Positions 22,846 through 31,332 of a stretch of DNA of 64,000 bases are shown here, piece after piece; position 1 is the first letter of the stretch; each line of letters begins with the position of its first letter. The stretch comes from an uncultured Actinomycetes bacterium. Lineage in GTDB: Bacteria; Actinomycetota; UBA4738; JBBDTT01. The notes under the pieces are model-generated. The model did no database searches. It worked only from the letters and a program-made list of their open reading frames with translations, and had not been told where the DNA came from. Position numbers and translations under genes: made by a program. The stretch spans positions 1 through 64,000 of the forward strand of contig CAVUMN010000003.1 in the NCBI GenBank assembly GCA_963742735.1. The letters are read 5' to 3'.

Positions 22846-23775
22846 ATGGCGCGTTCGGTGTGGACCGGGACCGTGAGCTTCGGGCTCGTGGCGATCCCGG
22901 TGAAGCTGTTCAACGCGACGGAGTCGCGCAGCGTGCGGTTCCACCAGGTGGATCGGGAGACCGGCGCGCGCGTGCGGTACCGGCGCGTGGTGGGTGAGCT
23001 CCCCGGCGAGTCGCGGGTGGGATTCCCGGAGGATGACGACGCCTACGAGCCCGGCGCCGAGCCCGAGGAGCCGCCCGGCCCCCGGGCCACCGTCGATCCC
23101 GGGGAGGCCGGCGAGGTCGAGGTTCCCTACGAGCGGATCGTCAAGGGATACGAGGTCGAGCCCGACCGGTGGGTGCTCCTGGAGCGGGAGGAGGTCGAGG
23201 CCCTGCAGCCGACGCCGTCGCGCTCGATCGAGATCGAGGACTTCGTCGACCTGGCCGAGGTCGACCCGGTCCACTTCGAGAAGAGCTACTTCCTGGCGCC
23301 GGTCCCGAACGTCGGCGCCGAGCGGCCGTACGCGCTGCTGCTGCGGGCGCTGCAGGACGAGCGCGTCGCGGGGATCGGCCGGTTCGTGCTGCGGCGCAAG
23401 GAGCACCTGGCCGCGATACGCCCGCGCGAGGGCGTCCTGGGGCTGGAAACGATGTTCTTCGCCGACGAGGTCCGCTCGCCGGCCGACGTGATGCGTCCGC
23501 TCGAGCTCGAGGACGTCGGCGAGCGCGAGCTCGACCTTGCCCGGACGATGATCGACTCGCTCCGGGCGCCGTGGGACCCCGAGCGCTACGCCGACACCAC
23601 CCGCGAGCGGCTGATGGACCTCATCGCCAGCCGCGCCGAGTCCGGCGACGTGATCGAGCGCCCGGACGAACCCGAGCCCGAGACCAAGGTCCCCGACCTG
23701 ATGGAGGCGTTACGCGCCAGCGTCGAGGCCCTCAAGGGCACGAAGCAGCCGAAGGTGCGCAAGCGCGCGCAGTAA
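22846..23775 (+). CDS. ku: NHEJ DNA end-binding protein Ku
   Basis: ARSVWTGTVSFGLVAIPVKL, IVKGYE, FEKSYFLAP, DLMEALRASV. Confidence 0.95.
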   Translation: MARSVWTGTVSFGLVAIPVKLFNATESRSVRFHQVDRETGARVRYRRVVGELPGESRVGFPEDDDAYEPGAEPEEPPGPRATVDPGEAGEVEVPYERIVKGYEVEPDRWVLLEREEVEALQPTPSRSIEIEDFVDLAEVDPVHFEKSYFLAPVPNVGAERPYALLLRALQDERVAGIGRFVLRRKEHLAAIRPREGVLGLETMFFADEVRSPADVMRPLELEDVGERELDLARTMIDSLRAPWDPERYADTTRERLMDLIASRAESGDVIERPDEPEPETKVPDLMEALRASVEALKGTKQPKVRKRAQ

Positions 23776-23785
23776 GCTCGACAGC

Positions 23786-23870
23786 GCCCGGGTGGCGAAA
23801 TCTGGCAGCCGCGACGAGCTTAAGCCTCGTTGGTCTCCGGACCATGTGGGTTCAAATCCCACCCCGGGCA
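23786..23870 (+). tRNA. tRNA-Leu(UAA), bldA-like, CCA not encoded
   Basis: Acceptor stem GCCCGGG/CCCGGGC+A; anticodon stem ACGAG/CTCGT with loop CTTAAGC; long variable arm; T arm GTGGG-TTCAAAT-CCCAC. Confidence 0.95.
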
Positions 23871-23874
23871 CTCG

Positions 23875-24294
23875 ATGATCTCCGACCGCGTGCGCCGAGG
23901 GAGCTCCGCCGGGCCGAGGCTCGCGGCGACGATGGCCGCGGTCCTCGCGGTGGCGGCGGCGCTGTGGATGGCGCTGTATCCGTGCACCTACGTGGGCATC
24001 GCGGCGACCGGCACGGATGACCTGGAGACCGGAACCCGGACGTGTCGCTCGTTCATCGAGGTGAACGGGATCGGCGGCGTTCTCGTCCTTCTCGTGCCGG
24101 TGGCCCTGGCAGGGCTTGGACTCGCCGCGGCGAGGAGGGGCCGCCGCGCTCCGTTCATCGTCGCCACGGTGTGGCTGGTCGGCTTCTGTGCGCTGAGCCT
24201 GGCCAGCGTGGGCCTGTGGTTCGTTCCTTCCGCCATCGCCACGCTGATCGCCGTCGTGTCGGCGTGGGAGACCCCCGAGGCCGTCCGCCCCTGA
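23875..24294 (+). CDS. Small membrane protein (about 4 TM)
   Basis: Hydrophobic ORF with a Cys-flanked loop; start uncertain (23875 or 23932). Confidence 0.55.
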   Translation: MISDRVRRGSSAGPRLAATMAAVLAVAAALWMALYPCTYVGIAATGTDDLETGTRTCRSFIEVNGIGGVLVLLVPVALAGLGLAAARRGRRAPFIVATVWLVGFCALSLASVGLWFVPSAIATLIAVVSAWETPEAVRP

Positions 24295-24372
24295 GCGACG
24301 ACGGCGGGTTGACTCCGGGACCGAGGACGCGCGAGGCTCGGGGTGTCGCGCCCCGGCGGAGGGAGGCGCGTC

Positions 24373-24789
24373 GTGAAGGAGTTCAGAGAGTTCCTGCTTC
24401 GAGGCAGCGTGGTGGATCTCGCGGTCGGGGTGGTCGTGGGAGCCGCGTTCGGGGCGGTCGTCACCGGCCTGGTGACCGCATTCCTCACACCGTTGATCGG
24501 ACTGGTCGCGGGGAAGGCGGACCTGTCCTCGCTCGCGTTCACCGTAGGGAGCAATCCGCCCACGGAGTTCCCCTACGGCGTCTTCCTCAACGCCCTCATC
24601 GCCTTCGTCCTGATCGCGGCGGCCGTCTTCTTCTTCGTGGTCAAGCCGGTGAACCGGCTGATGGCCCGCCGCAAGACCGAGCCTCCCGCGGACGCGACCA
24701 CGCGCGACTGCCCCGAGTGCCTGTCGAGCATCCCCAAGGCCGCGGTTCGCTGCGCGTTCTGCACCGCGAAGGTGGGAGCGGCCGCCTAG
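24373..24789 (+). CDS. mscL: Large-conductance mechanosensitive channel with C-terminal CxxC..CxxC ribbon
   Basis: KEFREFLLRGSVVDLAVGVVVGAAF; FFVVKPVN; CPECLS...RCAFCT. Confidence 0.95.
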   Translation: MKEFREFLLRGSVVDLAVGVVVGAAFGAVVTGLVTAFLTPLIGLVAGKADLSSLAFTVGSNPPTEFPYGVFLNALIAFVLIAAAVFFFVVKPVNRLMARRKTEPPADATTRDCPECLSSIPKAAVRCAFCTAKVGAAA

Positions 24790-25463
24790 CGCTCGATCGC
24801 CCCGCCGCGTCGCTTCAGATGGTCGCGAAGGGTGTAGCTCGGGTCACGGTCGCGTTCCGCCAGGTAGGAGCGGAAGTCGAGCTGGTCGCGGAGCGAGGTC
24901 CCCCCGCGCATCGCGTCGGCCTGCCCCGTCTCGGTGCCGGCGATCTCCGCGGCGACGCGAAGGATCTCCTCGGCCCGGTCGCCGGGGAGCAGGATCACCC
25001 CGTCGGCGTCCCCGACCACCACGTCGCCCTGCTCCACGGCGTGCTCGCCCAGGTGCGCGACGGCGCCGGGCCTCGCCGGCTCGACCCCCGCCGGCCCGTT
25101 CGGCATCGCCCCCAGGCTGAACACCGGCAGCCCAACGTCGATCAGCTGCGCGGTGTCCCGGTGGCAGCCCCAGACCACGATCCCGTCGCCGCCGGCGCCC
25201 TTGACCTCGAGCGCGGTCAGGTCCCCCGTGCACGCCCGGTCCGTCCGGCCGCCGTCGTCGATGACCAGCACGTCGCCGGGAGACATCGCCTCGCACGCCT
25301 CCAGGAAGACGTCGACGCTGCCCAGGTGCAGGACTGCCCGGGCGGGCCCGTGCACCCGCCGGGCCGGGTCGATCGGGCCGAGGGCGACCGGCCCCACCCG
25401 CAGCGGAACGCCAAGCTGGACGCAGGCATCCGCGCAGAGGGCGGTGGCCGGGTGGTCGTCCAT
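24786..25463 (-). CDS. RraA/HMG aldolase family protein
   Basis: GDVLVIDDGG, ACTGDL, WGCHRD, GDVVVGDADGV. Confidence 0.88.
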   Translation of the reverse strand: MDDHPATALCADACVQLGVPLRVGPVALGPIDPARRVHGPARAVLHLGSVDVFLEACEAMSPGDVLVIDDGGRTDRACTGDLTALEVKGAGGDGIVVWGCHRDTAQLIDVGLPVFSLGAMPNGPAGVEPARPGAVAHLGEHAVEQGDVVVGDADGVILLPGDRAEEILRVAAEIAGTETGQADAMRGGTSLRDQLDFRSYLAERDRDPSYTLRDHLKRRGGAIER

Positions 25464-25497
25464 CGAACGGGAGCCTATCGCCGCCGGCCGAACCGGC

Positions 25498-26490
25498 TCA
25501 GTCCGGCCGGAGCGCCTTGCTATGTCCCCACCGGTCGGTGGCGTCCGTCGTCGCGTCTCGGCCGTGCGAGGCCTCGAGCCGTGAGAGCCGACGCTCGGCC
25601 TCCTTCAGCCCACGGGCCCGCCGTCCCATCCCCGACCACGGGTCGCCGACGTCCTCCAGGCGCTCGGGCACCGTCCGGATGGTGAATGCCGCCGGCGACA
25701 GGCCGGCGTCCTCGACCTCGGCCCACTCCACCGGGGTCGAGACCGGCGCGCCGGGCTGCGCCCGCACCGAGTACGCCGCCACCAGGAGCTGCGCGTAGCC
25801 GTTGCGCCACGTGTCGAGGAAGAGGCGTCCGTTCCGCTTGGCCTTACGGCCCTCCATCGTCAGCCGCTCCGGGTCGCGGCGAACGAGCTCCGCCCCGACG
25901 CGATCCGCGAACCCCGCCACCTCCTCCGTCCGCGGCCCCCGGGTGAGAGGGACCACGACGTGGAGCCCCTTCGACCCGCTCGTCTTCACGAACGCGGGCA
26001 GCCGGAGCTCCTCGAGCACCTCCCGCGCCAGCAGCGCCGTCGTGCGGACCAGGTCGAACCCCGCGCCCTCCGGCGGATCCAGGTCGAGCACCATCCGGTC
26101 CGGCTGGTGCGGCCGGTCCGCCCGGGAGAGCCACACGTGCAGCGTGATCGCGTTCTGCTGCGCGAGCCATGCCAGCGCGGCCACCTCGTTCACCACGACG
26201 TGCCGGACCGTCCCGCCCTCCTTCGGCAGCTCGACCGTGTCCAGCCAGTCCGGCGGGTACTTGGCGTCCTTCTGGTAGAAGCGCTCCCCGCCGATGCCGG
26301 ACGGAAACCGCTCGAGCGCCACCGGCCGGCCCCGGACGTGGGAGAGCATGGCCCGGCCCACCCGCACGTGGTAGTCGAACAGGTCGGCCTTGGTGATCCC
26401 GTCCTCGGGGAACAGGACCCTGTCCGGGCTCGACAGCGCGACCAGGCGCCGTCCCACGCGCACCTCGCGACGCTCGGCACGCGGGCTCAT
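25498..26490 (-). CDS. Stand-alone LigD polymerase (primase-polymerase) domain
   Basis: ITKADLFDY, ERFPSGI, FYQK, DLDPP, KTSGSKGLHV, YSVRAQPGAPVSTP. Confidence 0.92.
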   Translation of the reverse strand: MSPRAERREVRVGRRLVALSSPDRVLFPEDGITKADLFDYHVRVGRAMLSHVRGRPVALERFPSGIGGERFYQKDAKYPPDWLDTVELPKEGGTVRHVVVNEVAALAWLAQQNAITLHVWLSRADRPHQPDRMVLDLDPPEGAGFDLVRTTALLAREVLEELRLPAFVKTSGSKGLHVVVPLTRGPRTEEVAGFADRVGAELVRRDPERLTMEGRKAKRNGRLFLDTWRNGYAQLLVAAYSVRAQPGAPVSTPVEWAEVEDAGLSPAAFTIRTVPERLEDVGDPWSGMGRRARGLKEAERRLSRLEASHGRDATTDATDRWGHSKALRPD

Positions 26491-26598
26491 CGGCACAAAC
26501 CGGCACGCACGGTACGATCCGGTCCCGGGCGTGCAGGGACGGGACCGACCGCGTCGAACCTACGAGCGCCGCCCGTCAGAGCCATGGAGAAGACCGCG

Positions 26599-27918
26599 AT
26601 GACGCCAGTCCGCCCAATCCGGGCGATCGTCCTTACCCTCGCCGCGCTCGTGCTCGCCGCGGCTCCCGCCTGGTCTGGCCCGCTCGCCGAGCCCATGGCC
26701 GAGCCGCACATGGCGGAGCCCGCGTACACCGAACACGCGCCCGTCCGGATCGAGGACGACGCCGAGTTCGACCGGGAGCACGGCGTCCGCTCGGGCAACG
26801 GCACCGCCCGGCGTCCGTACGTGATCTCCGGCTGGCACGTCGCCTCGATGTTCATCTCCGATACCACCAAGCACCTGGTCATCCGCGACAACCTCGTCGA
26901 CGGGCAGCTCATCCTGGACTGGAACGGTGCCCACGTGCACGTCCACGGCAACACGGTGGGCGACCTCCGCGTGAACCGCAACGTCAAGCGCACCGGCCGG
27001 GCGACCAGCGGCGTCATCGCGCACAACACGTTCGGCCTGGTCGGCCAGCTCCGTCACTTCGACGGAGCCTTTCAGCACAACGTGGTGGGGAGCCCTGCCG
27101 GCAACGCCATGGGGCACTACCAGACGCAGGCTGTTCAGTTCGACGGGTTCAACGGCTCGCGGTTCGTGGACAACACCATCTACGGCTACGTCGAGGCCCG
27201 CCTGCACGGGCACCACCACGGCTCCGGGTTCGGCGCGCCCAGCCACGAGCACATCGAGCACATGGGCTACGCCGACCACACCAAGCGTTACCACGAGGTG
27301 TGGATCGCCCGGAACACCATCTACGCGAACCACGCCTACGCCCTTCGCTTCTACGACACCGGCCACGCCGGCAACGACCGCACGAACAACTCCGAGACCG
27401 ACACCGCTCTGAACCGTCCGCACATCCACTCCACCCGCGTCCACCTGATGCAGAACCGGCTCATCGGCTCCGGGCTTGCCGTGCACGTCTTCAACGCCAA
27501 CGACGACCACCACACCGGGACCACCCGCGGCCTGGTCGAGATCCGCGGGAACCGCATCTCGCTCGAGGACCCGCCGTTCGACACGAGCACCGCGCGAGAC
27601 GGGATCCAGATCCGCACGGTGCGCGACGGCGACCTCCGGGTCGTCGGCAACGTCATCGAGGCCCCGCCCGCCGGGAAGACCAAGCCGTTCACCCTGCTCG
27701 CATCCCTCGGCCGCGCCGCGGGCATCCGCATCGAGGGCGTGAGCGAGGGCCGGGTGTGGTTGTACGACAACCGCGTGGCCAACCGGCACTTCGGGGTCTT
27801 CGCCACGCGGCTGGAGAAGAACGTCCGCTGGTGGATCCGCGGGCTGGTCACCGAGGGGGTGGCCGAGGAGATCCACTACGACGCCAGCGTGCGCAACGAG
27901 CCCATCCGCCAGGGCTGA
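26599..27918 (+). CDS. Secreted His-rich probable beta-helix protein, paralog A
   Basis: Signal peptide; GVRSGNGTARRPYVISGW; repeated I-x-x-N-T/R-I strands; LHGHHHGSGFG; GGAGAAG SD. Confidence 0.75.
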   Translation: MTPVRPIRAIVLTLAALVLAAAPAWSGPLAEPMAEPHMAEPAYTEHAPVRIEDDAEFDREHGVRSGNGTARRPYVISGWHVASMFISDTTKHLVIRDNLVDGQLILDWNGAHVHVHGNTVGDLRVNRNVKRTGRATSGVIAHNTFGLVGQLRHFDGAFQHNVVGSPAGNAMGHYQTQAVQFDGFNGSRFVDNTIYGYVEARLHGHHHGSGFGAPSHEHIEHMGYADHTKRYHEVWIARNTIYANHAYALRFYDTGHAGNDRTNNSETDTALNRPHIHSTRVHLMQNRLIGSGLAVHVFNANDDHHTGTTRGLVEIRGNRISLEDPPFDTSTARDGIQIRTVRDGDLRVVGNVIEAPPAGKTKPFTLLASLGRAAGIRIEGVSEGRVWLYDNRVANRHFGVFATRLEKNVRWWIRGLVTEGVAEEIHYDASVRNEPIRQG

Positions 27919-28044
27919 ATCTCCCGGCGAATCGGTACGAGCCGGACGATCGAGACGCACCCTCGCGTTTCACGCTGAAGGGGACGGGCACACTCCGTCG
28001 AAGTCTCCTGCTGAAGTCCCGTCCGCCCGAGGGGGTGTTGTCCG

Positions 28045-29379
28045 ATGTTCCGTCGCTTCCGCCTCGCGTTTGTCGCTGCCGTCACGCTCCTCGCGCCGCT
28101 CCCGGCCGGTCAGGCCCTCGCCGCGGAACCGCCCACGCTCGAGGCCCGTGACGACATCCGGATCACGCGCGACACCGAGTTCGACCGCGCCCACGGCGTG
28201 CGCTCGGGCAACGGATCCGCCGCCCATCCCTATGTGATCTCGGGCTGGTCGATGAGCAACCTGGCGATCAACGACACGCTGTCGCACTTCGTGATCCGCG
28301 ACAACGAGATCCTCGGGACGATGGTCCTGGACTGGAACGGCCCGGGACAGGTCGTGGTCCACAACAAGGTCGGGGACCTCCGGGTCAACCAGAACGTCGC
28401 CCGCTCCGGCCAGGCCACCTCGGGCCGGATCGCCCACAACACGTTCGGGGTGGTCGGACAGCTCCGGCACTGGGACGGGGTGTTCGAGCACAACGTCGTC
28501 GGCGCCGCCGTCGACGACATGGCCAAGGCGCCGACCGGCCGGGCCGTGAACTTCGACGGGTTCAACGGGGCCCGGTTCCGCCACAACACCATCTACGGGT
28601 ACATGGACTCCACCCTGCACGGACATCACCACGGCTCGGGGTTCGGCCGCGCCAGCCACGACCACTCCGGCGAGATGGCGGCGGCCGAGGCCGAGCACGC
28701 CGGCCACCAGGGCGAGATGGCCCACGAGATGGTCGACCACACCAAGCGCTACCACGAGGTCTTCATCGCCCACAACACGATCTGGGCGAACGCCCCCTAC
28801 GCGCTCGGCTACAACGACATCAACCACGCCGCCAACGACCGGACGAACGCCTCGGAGACCGACCCGGCGCTCGTGGAGCCGCACGTCCACTACACGCGGG
28901 TCCATCTGGTCGGCAACCGCCTGATCGGGGCCGGGCTGGCGGTGGACATCTTCAACGCGACCGACGACCTGCACACGGCGACGCGGCGCGGCCTGGTCGA
29001 ACTTCGCGGGAACCGGATCACGCTGCAGCGCACCGGCTGGAACGGCCTGTGGAGCGGCCCGGACGGCATCCGCATCCAGCAGGTCGTGAACGGCCAGGTC
29101 CGGGTGATCGGCAACTCGATCGACTTCGCGACGACGGAAGGCCTGCCCTCGATGATCGTCTTCCGGGACCAGGACCACGGCGCCGGCATCCGCCTGGGGA
29201 CCGTCGACCGCTCGGACGTCTACCTGTTCGGGAACACCGTGGCCAACCGGCCGTACGGGATCGTCGCCGCGCAGTTCACGAAGACCACGCACTGGTGGAT
29301 CAAGGACTTCCGGACCACCGAGGTCGCCCAGCGGGTGGTCTACGACGCCAGCGTGGTCAACCCGCCGAAGCGCGGCTGA
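28045..29379 (+). CDS. Secreted His/Met-rich probable beta-helix protein, paralog B
   Basis: Signal peptide; colinear similarity to paralog A (GDLRVN, HNTFGxVGQLRH, FDGFNG, DHTKRYHEV, NDRTN). Confidence 0.75.
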   Translation: MFRRFRLAFVAAVTLLAPLPAGQALAAEPPTLEARDDIRITRDTEFDRAHGVRSGNGSAAHPYVISGWSMSNLAINDTLSHFVIRDNEILGTMVLDWNGPGQVVVHNKVGDLRVNQNVARSGQATSGRIAHNTFGVVGQLRHWDGVFEHNVVGAAVDDMAKAPTGRAVNFDGFNGARFRHNTIYGYMDSTLHGHHHGSGFGRASHDHSGEMAAAEAEHAGHQGEMAHEMVDHTKRYHEVFIAHNTIWANAPYALGYNDINHAANDRTNASETDPALVEPHVHYTRVHLVGNRLIGAGLAVDIFNATDDLHTATRRGLVELRGNRITLQRTGWNGLWSGPDGIRIQQVVNGQVRVIGNSIDFATTEGLPSMIVFRDQDHGAGIRLGTVDRSDVYLFGNTVANRPYGIVAAQFTKTTHWWIKDFRTTEVAQRVVYDASVVNPPKRG

Positions 29380-29386
29380 GCGGCCG

Positions 29387-29875
29387 CTAGTCCGAGGTCA
29401 GGGCCCGCCTCGCGGCGTCGAGGCGGAGGTCCTCGAGCGTCGCACGCTGGGCCTCGGCGCGCTCCAGCAGCGCCTCCAGGTCGACCTCGGCCAGCTCCGG
29501 GAGCTTCGGGGCGACCTCCTGCAGCGAGCGCCACAGCGCCCCCTTGCCCTCGACGCCCAGGCGCAGCGCCTCGAGCTCGATCAGCCGGCTGAGCGGGGAG
29601 TAGGAGGCCAGGCGGCCGTTGGGTTTCAGGCTGCCCACCCGCTCGGCCAGCCGCACGGCCGTTCGCTTGAGCGGGTCGGGGCGCACGGCCAGGCGGTCCA
29701 TGATCGACCGGAGCGCCGCGTGGTCCTCCTCGAGCTCGGCGATGAAGGCTCGCAGGGCGCGGCCGGTGGCATTTCCGGCGTTCGACTCGGCCGAGCGCCG
29801 GGCGAGCGCCACCGCCCCGTCGGCGCCGGCAAGGTGGTCGTTCAGGTAGATCCCGAGCAGCTTGGGTACGGCCAC
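29387..29875 (-). CDS. Conserved actinobacterial helical protein
   Basis: LGIYLNDHLAG, ERVGSLKPNG, SPLSRLIELEALRLGVEGK. Confidence 0.75.
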   Translation of the reverse strand: MAVPKLLGIYLNDHLAGADGAVALARRSAESNAGNATGRALRAFIAELEEDHAALRSIMDRLAVRPDPLKRTAVRLAERVGSLKPNGRLASYSPLSRLIELEALRLGVEGKGALWRSLQEVAPKLPELAEVDLEALLERAEAQRATLEDLRLDAARRALTSD

Positions 29876-29919
29876 GGCACCAATCTTGCCCACCTCGCCG
29901 GGAAACGAACGCCCGTGGA

Positions 29920-30708
29920 TCAGTCCCCGGCGACCTCCGCGTAGCGGGCGAGCACGCCGGGCCAGCCGGAGGCGTAGCCCTCGCGGACGTCGGCGCCCCG
30001 GGGCCCCAGCCGCTCCCAGCCGCGGTGCACGAGGTCCACCCGGGTCCCCTCGCCCTCGGCGGTGAACGTGACCTCGATCTCGGTGGTGGGCCGCTCCTCG
30101 CGGCTGGGGTTCCACGCGATCACGACGCGGCCGGGGGGCTCCCACGCCGTTACCGTGCCCCAGTCGAGCTCCGTCCCGTCGGCGTGGCGTTCGAACACAC
30201 GACCGCCCGCGCGGGACTCGATCACGGCGGTCTCCGGGGCCACGCGCTGCGCGCCGGGCTCGACCTCCTCGATCCCGATCGAGTGCGTCTCCAGCGGCCA
30301 CCACGTCCCGAACCCGCCCGTGAACACCTCGAACGCCTGCTGGGGTGACGCCTTCACCGTGATCGAGCGTTCGACCGGTTCGATCTCCGTCATCTGCATC
30401 GCCTCCTCGTCTCGCTCGGCGGCCGCCGCGAAGCCGGCCAGCGCCCGATCCCACATCGATTCCACGTACCGGCGGAGTCCCTGGAACCCCTCGGGCTCCA
30501 GGCGGTAGATCCGCCGGGTCCCCTCCGGGCGGTCGCTCACCAGCCCCGCTCGGCGGAGCACCGCCAGGTGCTGTGACACGGCCGGCCTGGACACCGGGAG
30601 CCCCTCGGCGAGCTCGCTCACCGACCGGTCGCCCTGCCGAAGCCGGTCGACGATTGCCCTCCGGGTGCGGTCGGCCAGGGCATCCATCGTCAGTTCGTAA
30701 GTTTTCAC
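29920..30708 (-). CDS. ArsR-family HTH fused to SRPBCC (AHSA1-like) domain
   Basis: ALADRTRRAIV, VSRPAVSQHLAVL; then AFEVFT...WWP, WEPPGRVVIAW, TRVDLVHRGWE, GWPGVL. Confidence 0.88.
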   Translation of the reverse strand: MKTYELTMDALADRTRRAIVDRLRQGDRSVSELAEGLPVSRPAVSQHLAVLRRAGLVSDRPEGTRRIYRLEPEGFQGLRRYVESMWDRALAGFAAAAERDEEAMQMTEIEPVERSITVKASPQQAFEVFTGGFGTWWPLETHSIGIEEVEPGAQRVAPETAVIESRAGGRVFERHADGTELDWGTVTAWEPPGRVVIAWNPSREERPTTEIEVTFTAEGEGTRVDLVHRGWERLGPRGADVREGYASGWPGVLARYAEVAGD

Positions 30709-30792
30709 GAACGTAAGTATCAACGAACGGGTGGCGTGAGGTCAACCCCGAGGGGGTTGACGAAATTCGGATTACATAGTAATTAAGTAATC
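30696..30792. promoter_or_regulatory. Divergent promoter region with operator-like repeats
   Basis: Tandem 16-mers CGTAAGT-N4-ACGAA (30696, 30712); palindrome GTCAACCCC-GAG-GGGGTTGAC gives two back-to-back -35 boxes; GATTAC-N11-GTAATC (30770-30792). Confidence 0.7.
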
Positions 30793-30815
30793 ACAACCAC
30801 GAAGGGAGACGCGAG

Positions 30816-31331
30816 ATGGATGCCGAGGAGATCAGGGGATGGTTCGCCGGGCGGCTGCCGGACGGGTGGTTCACGGAGCCGCCGGAGGTCGGCGCCGACC
30901 GGGAGGAGATCCAGGTCGTGGGGAAGCTGGCCGCCCCGGAGGGCGAGCTGAGCGCCGCGGAGCGATCGGCCGCGGAGGAGTCACGGATCTCCGGGTTCCG
31001 CGAGGACACCCGGGAGCAGCGGATGAAGATCGCCCGCGAGGCCCAGCACCGGTTCCGCCGGAAGGTGTCGTGGGGCGCCGAGTGCGGCGACACCCGGCAC
31101 CTGTTCACGACGCTGGCCATGCCGGTCATGACCCGGCTGCGCATGGCGGACCGCGACGTGCTGGACACCCTGGTGGAGGCCGGCGTCGCCCGCAGCCGCA
31201 GCCACGCGCTGGCGTGGTGCGTTCGCCTGGTGGGCGAGAAGCAGGCCGAGTGGATCTCCGAGCTGCGCGAGGCCCTCGCCGACGTGGAGCGCGTCCGCGC
31301 CCAGGGCCCCGGTCAGCCCAGCGTGGTCTGA
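30816..31331 (+). CDS. Conserved protein with C-terminal ribbon-helix-helix-like segment
   Basis: GWFAGRLPDGWF, FREDTREQRM, PVMTRLRMADRDVLDTLVEAGVARSRSHALAWCV; AAGGGAG SD. Confidence 0.75.
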   Translation: MDAEEIRGWFAGRLPDGWFTEPPEVGADREEIQVVGKLAAPEGELSAAERSAAEESRISGFREDTREQRMKIAREAQHRFRRKVSWGAECGDTRHLFTTLAMPVMTRLRMADRDVLDTLVEAGVARSRSHALAWCVRLVGEKQAEWISELREALADVERVRAQGPGQPSVV

Positions 31332-31332
31332 C

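Noticed and set aside
24700-24789. Zinc-ribbon tail on MscL
   Set aside because: Already a common MscL variant in Actinomycetota and other phyla
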